A stretch of 64,000 nucleotides of DNA from Elsinoe ampelina (taxonomy: Eukaryota). Made by a program: the position numbers and the translations under genes. Shown here piece by piece: positions 13,023 to 26,148 of the stretch. The stretch's first letter is position 1. Every line of letters begins with the position of its first letter. The notes under the pieces were generated by a model that was not told the origin of the DNA, made no database searches, and was given only the letters and a program-made list of their open reading frames with translations. The DNA is taken from positions 357,917-421,916 of the forward strand of contig ML992511.1 of NCBI GenBank assembly GCA_010093995.1, given 5' to 3'.

Positions 13023-16000
13023 ATGCGTCTCGCGAGCCTTGCTACGTTTGCGACCTGCCTTCTGGTAGGAAGTGGACTAGAGTATGACCCTCGCTACACG
13101 AATTGGAATCTCAATCGGAACACCAACTCCAAGAACCCCCTCGAGTACTTCACAGAATATGACAACCATACCTACTACCCCAGTCCCGATAACTGGCGCT
13201 TTCCTTTCTACAGCTTCTTCATCGACAAATTCGCCAATGGCGATCCTACTAATGACAACATGCAAGGTTGCCCCCCCTGATACAGAAGCACGTAGCTGAC
13301 GACTAATAGCAACGAGACAAGCTGGGAGCAAGACCCGCTGCAAACCCAACTTCGTCATGGCGGAGACGCTCGCGGTCTCCGTGACTCGCTTGACTACATC
13401 CAGGGCATGGGTGTCAAGGGTCTCTACCTAGTCGGTAGCGTATTCCACAATGTACCTTGGGGTAAGTTCTACCACCGTGGTCTACACTCCAGCTCTAATG
13501 TATCCAGGTGCCGACGGCTTCTCTCCCCTGGACCACACCTTCCTTGATCGTCACTTCGGCACCATACAGGAATGGCGGGAGGTCATCAACGAGATACACG
13601 ATCGTGGCATGTATGTACTACTCGACAATACAATGTCCACGATGGGCAACCTCATGGCTTTCGAGGGTCACCTCAACAGTAGCACACCTTGGGCCTTCAA
13701 GGAGTATGATGCGTTATGGAAGACACCTATACACTATTCAGACTGGGACTTCGGCAACGAGTACCATGAAGTCTGCCCTTGGACATATCCTCGCTTCTAC
13801 CAGCAGTCAGGAGAACTCTATCAAGACGAGAATACCACCAGCATGGTCGGCTGCAAGGACTCCGAGTTCAACCAGTATGGTGATGCAGGCGCTTTTGGAC
13901 AATACCCTGAATGGATCAAGCAAACGGCGAAGTTCGATGGTGTGCAGGATCGTCTCAGGGACTGGCGACCTTCCGTGCAGCAGAAGCTGCAACACTTCCA
14001 CTGCATGCTCGTGCAAGGACTGGACATTGATGGCTTTCGTATCGACAAAGCTCTCCAAGTCACCGTCGACGGTCAAGCCGAGTTCAACAAAGGCTTGCGC
14101 GAGTGTGCTCGCCGAGTGGGCAAGAACAATTTCTTCATCCCTGGTGAAATGGTCAACGGTAACTCAAACGTCGCTGTGTACATGGGTCGTGGCAAGACTC
14201 CGGAGCATTGGGTGGACAACGTCACTGAAGCAATCACGACCAACACTACATATATCCGGGACGACGAGCACTTTGGTCTGGACGCCAACGCCTTTCACTA
14301 CACCACCTATCGTGGTTTGATGAGATATCTCGGCCTCGATGGCAATCTGCTCGCCGCATACGATGCGCCGGTCAACTTCGCCGATGCATGGAGAGTCATG
14401 CAGATGACCAATGATTTTGTCAACGCCAACACCGGTCTCTACGATCCTCGCCATCTCCACGGCGCTTCCAACCAGGACGTCCTCCGCTGGCCAGGTTTGG
14501 TCAATGGTACCGAGCGTCAACTAGCTGCAAGCTTCGTAGTGACTCTCCTCATGCCAGGGATCAACATGATCTCCTGGGGAGAAGAGCAGGCCCTCTACAC
14601 TCTGGACAATACTGCAGGCAATTATCTCTATGGACGACAAGCCATGACTTCTTCTCCGGCCTGGCAGATGCATGGCTGCTACAAAGTCGGCACGATCAAC
14701 TTGAGTGACTTTCCCGTTAACAGCTCGTCATTTGCGTGCCAGGACGACTCTATAGCTCTGGACCACAGGGATCCCACGAGTCCGGTGTACAACGTCTTCA
14801 AGATGATGAATGAGATGAGGATCCGCTATCCGGTCCTCAACGATGGGTTCGTCATGCGTCAGCTTTCTAATCAGACGTACAATTATACTCTGCCTGGGAG
14901 CTATGGGACGCCGACGGAGACTGGACTCTTTAGCTCCTACAGAGGCGCTAATCCTTTGCTGCAGGATCTGTCCGGGCAAGGTATCACTGGGAACGGTGAG
15001 GTCTGGCTTGTATACACCAACTACAATGACACAATGACCTACGAGTCAGACTGCGGTGGTGTGGACGGTGAGGCTCTTCTGGCGCCTTATCCTGGTAATA
15101 CCACCGTGAGGAATCTGTTCCCGCCGTACGATCAATGGACGCTGCAATCTTCCAATATGAGTATGGGCATCAATGGGTCGACGGAAGCCAATGGCTGCCT
15201 GCCACAGATCAACATGACCCGGTATGGGTACAAGGCTTTCGTACCTGTCGACTCCTGGCGAGCACCGTCGCCGATGGTCAGCAAGCTCATTCTGAATGAA
15301 ACTTACATCGGCCACGATCAGAGGATAATGTCTGTTGCTGGCGACGGCGAGCAAGACAGCTTGACACTTGAGCTGCGCTTCACAGAGCAGATGGACTGCG
15401 ATTCTGTCCGCCAGTCACTCAACATCTCGTCTACTACCGAAGATGGCACGATTGCTAGGATCGATACTACCAGCGTCGACTGTTTGACTACGGAGCCGCT
15501 GGATACGCCGTTCTTCTACTCCGGTCTTCCAAGTACCTGGAGATACAGAGCCAACATCACTGGCATCTCGAACGGCGTCCACGTCATCACCATCAACAAC
15601 GCCACCTCGCAAGCGGGCGACACCTTCACCAACTCCAGAGACAACCTCATGTTCCGCATCGGCAAGCCAAACAACCCCATGGTCTTCGCCTCCACCTCCA
15701 ACTACACCACCTCCCTCCTCTACCCCTCCACCTCGCCCCTCCACAAACGAGATTCCCAAACCGAGTCCGGCCTCTACATCCGTCACTCTGCCCCAGGCGC
15801 CGACCTCTGGCGCTACACCCTAACCTGGGGCGCCATCTGGTCCGACTGGCTCCCCTACACCGGGGGCAACAGCTCCCTCCCCGCACAAACCTGGACCGGC
15901 ACATCCCGCCAGAACTGGGACGGCGACCACGTCAAAGTCCAGTACTGGTCCCGCATGACCGGCAGCAGCAGCCACATCCAAGAAGGCGACGTCGCAGGGT

Positions 16001-19000
16001 CCACAATCCCAACCCGTCGTTTCCCGCGCCTGTTCCTCCACGGCTCGTGGAACCAGTACGGCTACGACGCGGGCATCGCGAACGAGATGGCGCACGCGGA
16101 CAACGGGACATGGACGTATGATTTCTTGACCGAGTGGCCGAGTCAGTTCCAGGTTAATGTCTGGGGCATGACGGAGGATGGGCTCCCGGATGTTTCGGCT
16201 GCGTATGGCGATGTGGATAATGATACGGTGCTGGATCGGATATCGCCGGTTTCGTTGCAGCCGAATGTGGTGAACGTGACGGATCTGCCGCCTTCGCCGT
16301 TTTTGGCCTGGAGGATCGTGGTCACCGATGGGGATTTGAGGTATTTTCTTGAGGCGGTGGGGAGTAGGTGGCGCCAGTTGGCGATGTTTGTGTTGTTGGC
16401 TGTGGTGCCGTTGGTGCTGGGGCTGGTGGGGGTTTGGGCGTATCAGAGGATGTTTTATCAGGTGAAGTTTAACTTGACGGGGTTGGTGAATGAGAAGGAA
16501 ACATTACCTGCGGCTATTAGGAAACACTTTTCTATGGTGTCGGTCAAGGAGAAGCCAACTACTGAGGAGACGACGTCGGGTCCGTCCCCAGTGGATGATG
16601 ACTCGATGGTGTCACCGAGACACAGCGTTGAGGCGACAATGGCAGCTGGTAGTGCGCTGGCGTCGAAGCGCCGGACAGTCCTTATTGCGACCATGGAGTA
16701 CGACATCTCGGACTGGAACATCAAGATCAAAATCGGTGGGCTGGGTGTTATGGCACAACTGATGGGCAAGCACCTCGCGCACGAAGACATTGTCTGGGTT
16801 GTTCCCTGCTGTGGCGGTATCGATTACCCAACAGACACCCCTGGCCTACCAGTGACGGTAACGATTCTTGGAAAGCAGTACGATGTTCAGGTACAGTACC
16901 ACAAGCTGGATAACATTACCTACATGCTCCTCGATGCCCCGGTCTTCCGTCAGCAAACGTCGAAGGAGCCCTACCCAGCACGTATGGACGACCACGAATC
17001 CGCAATCTACTACTCCGCCTGGAACCAGTGCATAGCCGAAGCCACCCGCCGCTTCAACGTCGACCTCTACCACATCAACGACTACCACGGCTCCATCGCC
17101 CCCTTATACCTCCTTCCCCGAACCATCCCCTGCTGCCTATCCCTCCACAATGCCGAATTCCAAGGTCTCTGGCCCATGCGCAACGCCGAAGAAACAGCCG
17201 AGCTCTGCGGCGTCTTCAATCTACCAGAGAAAATCGTCGCTCGCTACGTCCAATTCGGCGAGATCTTCAACCTCCTCCACGCCGGTAGTTCCATCCTCCG
17301 CCTGCATCAGAAAGGCTACGGCGCCGTGGGAGTCAGCAAGAAATACGGAAAGCGCTCATGGGCCCGCTACCCCATCTTCTGGGGCCTGAAGAACATCGGC
17401 GCCCTGCCCAACCCTGACCCCTCCGATCTGGCGGACTGGTCGAAGCGCTACGCCGACCCCGATACCATCGAGATCGATCGAGAGCAGGAAGCGTCTCGTC
17501 GCGAAAGCACGAGACTGGCTCAGGAGTGGGCCGGTCTCGAGCAGCGCGATGACGCGGACCTGTTCGTCTTTGTGGGCAGGTGGAGTATGCAGAAGGGCAT
17601 CGATCTGATCGCTGACGTCTTCCCGGCTGTGCTGGAGAAACATCCCCAGGTGCAGCTGATCGCTATCGGTCCGACGATCGATCTGTATGGCAAGTTCGCG
17701 GCGCTGAAGCTGGATGCGATGATGAAAAAGTACCCTGGTAGGGTTTACAGTAAGCCGGAGTTCACTGCTTTGCCGCCTTTCATCTTCTCGGGAGCGGAAT
17801 TTGCGTTGATTCCAAGTCGCGATGAGCCTTTTGGTCTCGTGGCAGTGGAGTTCGGGCGCAAGGGTGCTCTTGGGGTCGGTTCGAGAGTTGGCGGACTGGG
17901 GCAGATGCCGGGTTGGTGGTATACTATTGAATCGCAGACTACGAAGCATCAGATGGCGCAGTTCAAGACTGCTATCAACAGCGCGATCAAGTCAAAGTAC
18001 GAGACGAGGGCGCTGATGAGAGCAAGGTCTGCTCTGCAGCGCTTTCCGGTCGCTCAGTGGACTGAGGATCTGGAGATCCTACAGGCTGGAGCGATCAAGG
18101 CTCACGACAAATTCATGAACAAGCGCAAGTCTGATCGCTTCAGTGGCTCGTCAGGCGCAGCGACGCCTGGTGGGAGTTCGACTGGGTGGTCTACGCCTCA
18201 CTTGTCTGGTTGGATGTCGCCTCGCAGTGGAGCGAGTACACCTTGGGGCTTCCAGACTCCGGCTATTCGCAGCCCAGCTCATTCGAGGCCGACTTCAAGG
18301 GCACCATCGCCGACAAGGAATGCCGCTGTTGGTTCCTCAGTGGCGCCGTCGTTGGATGGTTCACCGATCGTCTCGCGCAGGAACTCATTTTCGCTGGGTA
18401 CTCGTTCTGGGCCTGGACATGTCTCTTACAAAATGCTGCATTCTGCGCTTTCTAACCCCAAGCTCTCAAAGAGAGAGTCGACAGAGGAGGGTCTACACAG
18501 GCAATTGACAAGGATTGATGACGAGGTCACAATTTCGCCGAATGAAGCTAGAGAGGCAGAGCAGCGATCTCGCCTTGAGCAGATGAGACCACTCAGCGTG
18601 ACCTCGGACGGCAGTGGCGAGCAAGAGATCCCTGAAGGATCAACCGGTATGGCGTACCTCAACAAGGACCTACCACCTGTCCCTACCATCCCGGCCGAGC
18701 ATCGAGCTCTTCCGCATAGCCCATCTTCCAACAGTCTGGTTGTTCCCGGCGCTTTGACATCGACAGAGCATCGAACTGCACTACCTCATAGTCCATCATC
18801 ACTCAGCCTACAACTAGTGATCGATGAGAAGGAGAATAAGGCGCCTCAGGATCTAATTCCTGCATTCAATGATCCGACTGGATTGTACTTCAAGAACTTC
18901 GCACAGCAGCTTGAGTCGCTGGATGGTAAGAATTCCGAGACGACGCTCTGCACTGAGGAATTTCTGGAAAAGTCAGAGAAGCAGTGGTTCAACAGACTCC

Positions 19001-20472
19001 ATCATGCTAGGATGTCGAAGACCGTGTCCCCTGGTACTAGCATCCGGGAAATCACTTCCGATGCCAGCTCGCAGACCACCTCTAGCAGCCCTGATTCTGA
19101 ACACGATTCACTCGGCCAATTCCTGCTGCCGAGCAACTACTCACCTCCTTCCGGTCTTCGGCGCATTCTATCTATAAAGACTGGTGACTGGCCACTCTAT
19201 GCCTGGCTGTTGGCCTTCGGCCAAATCCTAGCTGCAAACTCCTACCAGATCGTTCTTCTGACCGGCACCGTTGGTCAAACCGCCATCGAACTGTACGCCA
19301 TCGCCACGACCTACTTCATCTTCTCCTGCATCTGGTGGCTTACCTTCCGCCGCCTCCCCTGCCTCTACGTCATCTCCGCCCCCTGGCTCTTCTACGCCCT
19401 CGCCTTCCTCCTCCTCGGCATCGGCCCCTGGGCATCCACCACCGCCCGCTACTGGACCCAACACATCGCCACGGGCAGCTACGCCGCGGCCTCCGCGTCC
19501 GGCTCCTTCTTCTTCGCGCAAAACTTTGGCTCCACAGGCTCTGTCCCTGTTCGTACCTGGGGCTTCCGCGCCTGCATGATCCAAGGCACGCAACAGATCT
19601 GGATCGTGATCCTCTGGTTCTGGGGCCGAACACTCACTGACGCCTCCACTGCCGGCCAGCCATCGACTTCACTCATCACATACGGCTGGCCGCTATCGGC
19701 TATCGCTCTCCCTCTCGCCGCCCTCCTCCTCGCTATCGGCGTGGTCCTCTTCCTCGGCTTACCAGCTTACTACCGGCAGCAACCCGGCTCTATCCCCTCT
19801 TTCTACCGCTCTACCTTGCGGCGCAAAATCATCCTCTGGTTCTTCCTCCTCGTGGTGGTGCAGAATTACTTCCTCTCCACTCTCTACGGACGCAATTGGA
19901 CGTTTCTCTGGTCCTCGAAGCACGCTCCTGCATGGACCATCGTGCTGCTCGTGTTCGCCTTCTTCGTCGTTCTCTGGGCCGCGGTGCTGTTCTTCTTCGC
20001 CCACCTCTCTGCTACGCACAGCTGGTTCATCCCCATCTTTGCCCTGGCGCTGGGGTCACCTCGTTGGGCGCAGATGCTCTGGTCCACGTCCGGTGTGGCG
20101 GCTTACCTGCCGTGGGCTGGCGGTCCTATCGCCTCTGCCCTCGTCGCAAGGGGGCTGTGGCTCTGGCTTGGCCTGCTGGATAGTATACAGGGTGTCGGGC
20201 TGGGGATGATTCTCCTGCAGACGCTGGCGAGGACGCACGTCACGTTTACGCTGGTGGCGGCGCAGGCGTTGGGGAGTGTAGCGACGATATTGGCGAGGGC
20301 GACGGCACCGGATAAGGAAGGGCCGGGGAATGTGTTTCCTGATTTTGCGGGTAGGGGGCAGTGGACGGATGGGTTCAAGCATTATGAGTTTTGGTTGGGG
20401 TTGGTGTGTCAGGTGGGTGTGGTGTGGATGGGGTTTTGGTGGTTTAGGAGGGAGCAACTGAGTAAGCCTTAG
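13023..20472 (+). CDS. AGS1: Alpha-1,3-glucan synthase (GH13-like extracellular domain, GT5-like synthase, multipass membrane domain)
   Basis: Signal peptide at 13023, with introns at 13262-13309 (GC-AG) and 13462-13507. Motifs: PSPDNWRFPFY, LRHGGD, LDIDGFRIDKA, the synthase motif IKIKIGGLGVM, HINDYHG, VFVGRWSMQKGIDLI and PSRDEPFGLVAVE, a C-terminal TM bundle and the terminus FRREQLSKP. Confidence 0.97.
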
Positions 20473-22228
20473 AGGGAGGTAGGACCGCAAGATATAGGAA
20501 ATGGTTTGAGCTTGGTTCTGGTTTGTTATATACCCCTTCTTGCATAGATTTAGATTAGGCGAGCGATGGTAATGTTTAGAATGATTGTTCACTTCATACA
20601 CTTCGCTCGTGCGTATGTGAGGATTGTTGCGGTACTCAGAGTTTTTGTCACTCTTGCATTGCTATTGTATGTAGTTGATCGACAAGAACATCTGACAGAG
20701 CCGGCGATTCCGACCTGAGAGGGAGTCCAGGCATGAAGAAGCATGACTCGCCAAAAATGCCTAGTGGGTCTTGGCTGAGTCAGCACCTGCTTGGTGGGCT
20801 TCGGAAAATTTCCTGCTGTACTTCAACATCTCTTTTGCAGAACCACAAATCCTTCATTACATTTCCTGATGTGGATCCTGCTTTCATGTTCGTGTAAGTC
20901 GCTTCTACTCTACTCTCCCATTTGGGGATGACACCGCAAACCGCATACAAACTAGAGTCTTTGACCTCTCGGGGAATGAAACTGTTCTTTGCTTGCACGT
21001 CAGTCTGATATACCGACAACGCTGTCCACTGGCAATTGCTTCAAGGTGGAACAGCATGCTGACTGTCTCCAGGATATATACTGTACATCTGCAGAGCTGA
21101 GAGGCAGCTCCCACTGTCGTTGGGGACATAGATCAGGTTGTCCTTGACGACAGTGCTTTATCGTTAGGTACGGACCCCTGGACCAACCTTCCTTCCCCCT
21201 CGAGTGATGAACGCAAATCGTTTATATACGCTGGAAATTACCGGCCGAGGCACTTGTGCCGATGTCGATAACTCAATGGCTATTTCTGACCCCTACCGAC
21301 CCCCTCCAACTCAGCACAGATGACCTTCCTGGGCAATGCTGACTTGTACAGGTACGATCAACTTCCGTCCAGCATTTTCACCTGATGATACGGCACTGGG
21401 CTCCGAATATAACAAGCATGAGCCGATATGCCAATTCTGTGTCAGGCCTAGAAAACCTTGACCACTGATCCGACATCAAAGCACCGCCTTTTGCGACAGC
21501 TTGCTGGAACACAGTGCTAACAGCCTGTACAGTATCGTGCGCTTGTATTCACCTGGCCGCCTCCGCAGTAATCGTGCATGTAAGTCCACGTATCTTCTTC
21601 ACTTCACTGCATCCACCGATGAACACCTAGATGACGAGTCTTATTCGCGTCAGCGCTGCAGACACCCTTTTTATTTACCATTCATGCATTTTCTGATTGA
21701 CGATGCATCCATCTGTCTTCTCATTGCACATCTAAAGACGAAGACACATGCTGACTGAAACCATAGTTTCTCATGTAAGCAATATCCTTCCCTACACCCT
21801 TTCCGACAGATGAAACAAACAAAACCAAAAGACAAGCATATGTCCAAGTCACTTTTGTGGCGCAGACGAGAAGTTCAGGTCTGACCACTACCGACCACCT
21901 TCACCTCATCACCAGCATCAGTGCAGGCTTTGACTGACTTGCTCAGTACTGCTTGTGTGCATTCGTTCCAAAGTCCTCTTGTTGGTAAGTCAGACGTCCC
22001 TACCCTTCCACATCCAATCCCAAGGTCTTCCATGATGATTCAAATTTTATCACGACGGTCAACATAGTCAATACATTGATGATAAAGCCTGTGACAGGGC
22101 ATGAATCTGATCAGACTTCACCTACCTCAACTGTTCAGCAGTCTTGTGGACAAGTCGCTGACGTTTTTGCAGATATATCTGCATGCTTCACACGCATGTG
22201 TCCGTTACCTTGTCTTCAGCTCCTGTAG

Positions 22229-23275
22229 TTATTCCATCTCCGAATCTTCATAGACATGCTCCCCAAATCTATTCCTCCCCGGCGTACCGTGTTCGTCGCA
22301 ATCGAGGCCACACGCACTCAGCACAGCCCATTGTACCGCACTGATCCCGATCTTTCCTCGTCGTTGCCCATATTCCTCCAGCTCTTTCACCCCACTGCAG
22401 CTCAATATGTCTCCCACGGCCTTTGGCATCTTCCCATCAAACCTCAGTACTTCCTGCACCTCCTCCAACCTCTCACTCAACCTCTTCAACCCCTCACTCA
22501 TCAATCTCGGACTCGTCTTCACCTTCGGCATTACCAACTTGTCCACCTTACTCAACAAAACCTGATGTCCGACCCCCCTCTCCGCCAACTCTTTCAGCAG
22601 CAACCGATCACTCTCCTTCACCCCATGCTCCGCATCAACCAACACAAACGTCCGCCTCAACTGCCTCCTTTGCGCCAAATACTTCAGGATCTCGGCCCCC
22701 CACTCCTCCCTGCTCCCCGCGCCATACCCCGGCATGTCCACCACAACCACCACGCCTTCCTCCCCACCATGACTAGCCGTCACCCTGCCCCCATCCCCGG
22801 CCCGCCCCACTTTATTGACGATCAACTCCTTCCCGACAGCAAACGCGTTCATCGTCCTCGTCCGACCGGGACGTTTCGAGACATAGGCGGGGGCCTGCCG
22901 CGGCCGGCCGAAGAGCGCGTTGAGAAGCGAGGATTTGCCCACGTTGGAGCGGCCTAGGAAGCAGACTTCGGGGTAGGGCGAGGCGGGGAGGGCGCGGAAG
23001 GAGGGGGTGGTCCAGATCGCGCGAGGGGGCGGGGAGCGGGCGAAGAAGCGGTGGGCGTAGGCTAGTTGGGGGGGCGAAGGGGGGGCGGTGGTGAGGTAGG
23101 AGTGGAGGGTTGGGGTTTGGGGGGTGAGGAGGGTTGGGGAGGCGGGTGGTGGGGGTGGAGCGGGGGCGGAGGAGGACGAGGTCGTGGTGGTGGTTGTGAG
23201 GGTTCGAGGGGAGGTGGAGAGGGTGTTCGGTCGGATGCGTTTGCGGGCGTGTCGGCAGATGAAGGGAAGGTCCAT
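22229..23275 (-). CDS. EngB/YihA-family GTPase, probably mitochondrial (Mrx8-like)
   Basis: G1 PEVCFLGRSNVGKSSLLNAL, G2 SKRPGRTR, G3 VDMPGYG and G4 LSKVDK. The Arg-rich N-terminus resembles a mitochondrial presequence. Confidence 0.88.
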   Translation of the reverse strand: MDLPFICRHARKRIRPNTLSTSPRTLTTTTTTSSSSAPAPPPPPASPTLLTPQTPTLHSYLTTAPPSPPQLAYAHRFFARSPPPRAIWTTPSFRALPASPYPEVCFLGRSNVGKSSLLNALFGRPRQAPAYVSKRPGRTRTMNAFAVGKELIVNKVGRAGDGGRVTASHGGEEGVVVVVDMPGYGAGSREEWGAEILKYLAQRRQLRRTFVLVDAEHGVKESDRLLLKELAERGVGHQVLLSKVDKLVMPKVKTSPRLMSEGLKRLSERLEEVQEVLRFDGKMPKAVGDILSCSGVKELEEYGQRRGKIGISAVQWAVLSACGLDCDEHGTPGRNRFGEHVYEDSEME

Positions 23276-23522
23276 TGAGGGTGTGCGGGTGTGGGAGGGA
23301 ATGCGGGTATCAAGGTATAAGAAAGTGAAAGGTCTTTCCCGTGCAATGTGGAATGTGAAATGTGAGATGTGAAGGTGTGAACTTCACATGCATGCAACTT
23401 TTTGAGAGCTCACATGAACCCGTGGTCTGTGCTCGATTTGAAGATCTGCTACCTTCTTCGTGCTTCACATCACATCCTGTCTGTCCCGCTACACACATTG
23501 ATTGTGTTGGATCTAGTGAAAG

Positions 23523-23870
23523 ATGGAACACGCTCCTAGACTACGGTCTCTGTACCGACAGATTCTGCGCGAACTCCCTCTCCGACCACAACCCACCAAC
23601 AAGCTCTCGAATCCATCTCCGCTCCAGAAACATATTCGGCACTCGATACACTCTCCCGACGCTGCCACCAAGTCAGTACAGGCTCACATGGCCGAGCTAG
23701 AACAGTTCGTCACATATGCAAAAGCTCAAAGAATGTACACGACGTTGATCGAAAGATACAATCCTGGCATGAACATGAACGAGGAGGATCGAGTTAGGTT
23801 AACGGCGAGAAGGGTCGGTATGGACACCTCCTCGCTGGAAGGCTTTGGAAATCAGAAGAGCGATGGTTGA
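23523..23870 (+). CDS. FMC1: LYR-motif ATP synthase assembly factor Fmc1-like
   Basis: LYR motif RLRSLYRQILREL and the Fmc1-type C-terminus QRMYTTLIERYNPGM...EDRVRLTARRVG. Confidence 0.85.
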   Translation: MEHAPRLRSLYRQILRELPLRPQPTNKLSNPSPLQKHIRHSIHSPDAATKSVQAHMAELEQFVTYAKAQRMYTTLIERYNPGMNMNEEDRVRLTARRVGMDTSSLEGFGNQKSDG

Positions 23871-24365
23871 AGGAACCTCAAGGATCTGGTATCGTACTGA
23901 GCACCCGAGGCCAGTAGCACCAGCGCCCCCTGACCGGCGACGGAAGCAGGCGGATAGAGAGACGCCAATGAGGCAGAGCAATATCGACAATTATGCTGCT
24001 ATACTAGCTCTCACTTTGCCTGCGACCGAGCAGAGAGAGAATTCTGCATTCGCTCTCACCGATTGGCTGAGATAGTAGACATTAGAGAGTGTGGAAAAGG
24101 TTCGAGCACTGGTAGTGAAGGGCTTCCAACGAGGGAAGTAAGCCGAGGATAGATGCATAATCCCGCCCGGCAGACGAGTACGCCGCTAGTAGAAAAGCGG
24201 TGCCCGGTCTGGTAGTATATAAGTACAAGGACATAGAGAGACTGACCCTTCACCTGGATCTTGCACGTGACAAATCGCGATATGCTTTCCTCGATCTCGC
24301 CATCGTGACTTGGCAACCATCCCTTCACCACCTTCTTTTCACGACCATGTATATCTAGCTAGACC

Positions 24366-25588
24366 ATGTTTCGCTTCTTCTTCAACCTCGTCTCCGGCGT
24401 GCTCCTGTACTTCTACGATGCCTTCGAACGCATCCTAAACCTCAAATTCCCCTACCGCCTCCACCTCTTCGAATGGTGCGACCTCTGGTAGTAAGCCGAC
24501 CCCCCCTTCCCCTCTCTCAATCCCACCTAACACCCCCCAGCGTCCCCACCACCATCAAACACCACTGCCAACTCACCTTCACGGCACAATGGCACCACCG
24601 CCTCCCCCTCCTCCAATCCCATCCCCCCACCCACCACGCCACCCACCTCATCACCCAAATCCTCTCCAACATGACCGACTCCTCCACCACCCCCTACACC
24701 ATCATCGACTTCTGCTCCGGCGCCGGCGGTCCCCTCCCCGCCATCGAGCGCACCATCAACGCCTCCCGCCTCCGCTCCTCCCTCCCCCCGATCCAATTCC
24801 GCCTCTCGGACCTGGTCCCCAATCTGGAAGCCTGGATCCCCCTGGCGGCACAATCGGAGTACCTCTCCTTCATCCCGCAGCCTGTCGACGCTGTGGACCC
24901 GCCGGCAAGCACGATCAGTGTCTCCGCGCGCAACGACGATGTGGTTGTGCCTTCTGCGTTGGAGGGGAGGGGCACGGCCGAGGAGATCATGCTGGACGGG
25001 CGAGTGCGGGTGGATCCGGAGCTAAAAGCGCAGAGGGAGAGGGAGAGGGAGAGTGTTATGCGGGGTCTCACGGCTGGCACGAAGGTGATGCATTTGTTTT
25101 GTTTGAGCTTTCATCACTTTGGTGATGAGCAGGCACGGGTGGTGGTTAGGAATGCGCTGGGGAATAGTGATGCGTTTTGTTTTCTGGAGTTGCAGGAGCG
25201 GTCGTTGGGGTGTTTGGGGATGATGATGCTGGAGGGGCTGCTGTTGTTGGTGGTTAGTTGGTGGTGGTTTTGGGGGGAGTGGGTGCATTTGTTGTTGGTG
25301 TATGGGGTGCCCGTCCTGCCAGTCGTGCATGCTTGGGATGGAGTGGTGAGTTGTTTGCGGACGAGGACGTTTGAGGAGGTTAGGGGGTTGGTGGATGGGG
25401 TCATTGCGGAGGAGAAGAGGAGGATGGAGAAGGAGTTGACGTTCATTGGGCAGGTGGGGGGGAGGCGGCAGGGGGTGGCGAGAGGGGAATGGACGGTCAG
25501 TGAGGCGAGAGTGAGGCACACGTGGCCGGCAGGGTACTTGAATGCGGTGATTGGTATTAGAAAGGAGATACGGAAGGGCATGGACTGA
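24366..25588 (+). CDS. Uncharacterised class I SAM-methyltransferase-like membrane-associated protein
   Basis: Exons 24366-24490 and 24541-25588 join as RLHLFEWCDLWYVP. It has the glycine-rich motif I IIDFCSGAGGP, then LSDLVPN and LSFHHFGDE, a hydrophobic segment and WDGVVSCLRTR. Confidence 0.65.
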
Positions 25589-26010
25589 TTGTAGTGTACA
25601 CGAATTGAAGAGCTTCGCTTCCGCATCTGATGCGCTCGTCTCGCGATCCATCTGCTTGAGAGCATCGTATGGATGGATGGCTTCCTTGTGTCGTCGGCGA
25701 TTTGGATCGCTCACACCTCGTAGATCGCTTTGCATCATGTTGTCACTACCAGGAATGCCGGGAATGGGCAAGTGGCCCTACTTGACGACAATTTGACGGC
25801 GAAGGTTAGACTCACCCCGCCCTTGAGATGCCGCACCAACAGTTGAGGAAAGGCGCTGGGTTTTGTTGTGCCTCATGTCCGTGCAGCGCAAGACTGCTGG
25901 CTGTCATGTAGTGTGTTCAGCGTGCTTTCAACTCACATGCCACCAAGTCCTCGCCCAAAGAGCATAACTATACAATGCCACTCCGTCGCATGTCTCCCAC
26001 CGAACAACCC

Positions 26011-26148
26011 GCGAGCATAGCTTAAGTGGTTAAGTAGTTAAACCAAGTCTTCTGCCCTTAAAAGCAGTCGACCGAGTTTAGGCCATCACCTATTCGGCGC
26101 AGCTCTGACCCAGAGCAAAGGCCCCGGGTTCGAATCAAGTTCTCCTCT
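26011..26148 (+). pseudogene. Degenerate tRNA-like element (Pol III A/B boxes)
   Basis: A-box/D-arm-like TAGCTTAAGTGGTTAAG at 26018-26033, B box GGTTCGAATC at 26127-26136 and the hairpin GCTCTG-ACC-CAGAGC just upstream, like a long variable arm. The acceptor, anticodon and T stems do not pair properly. Confidence 0.35.
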
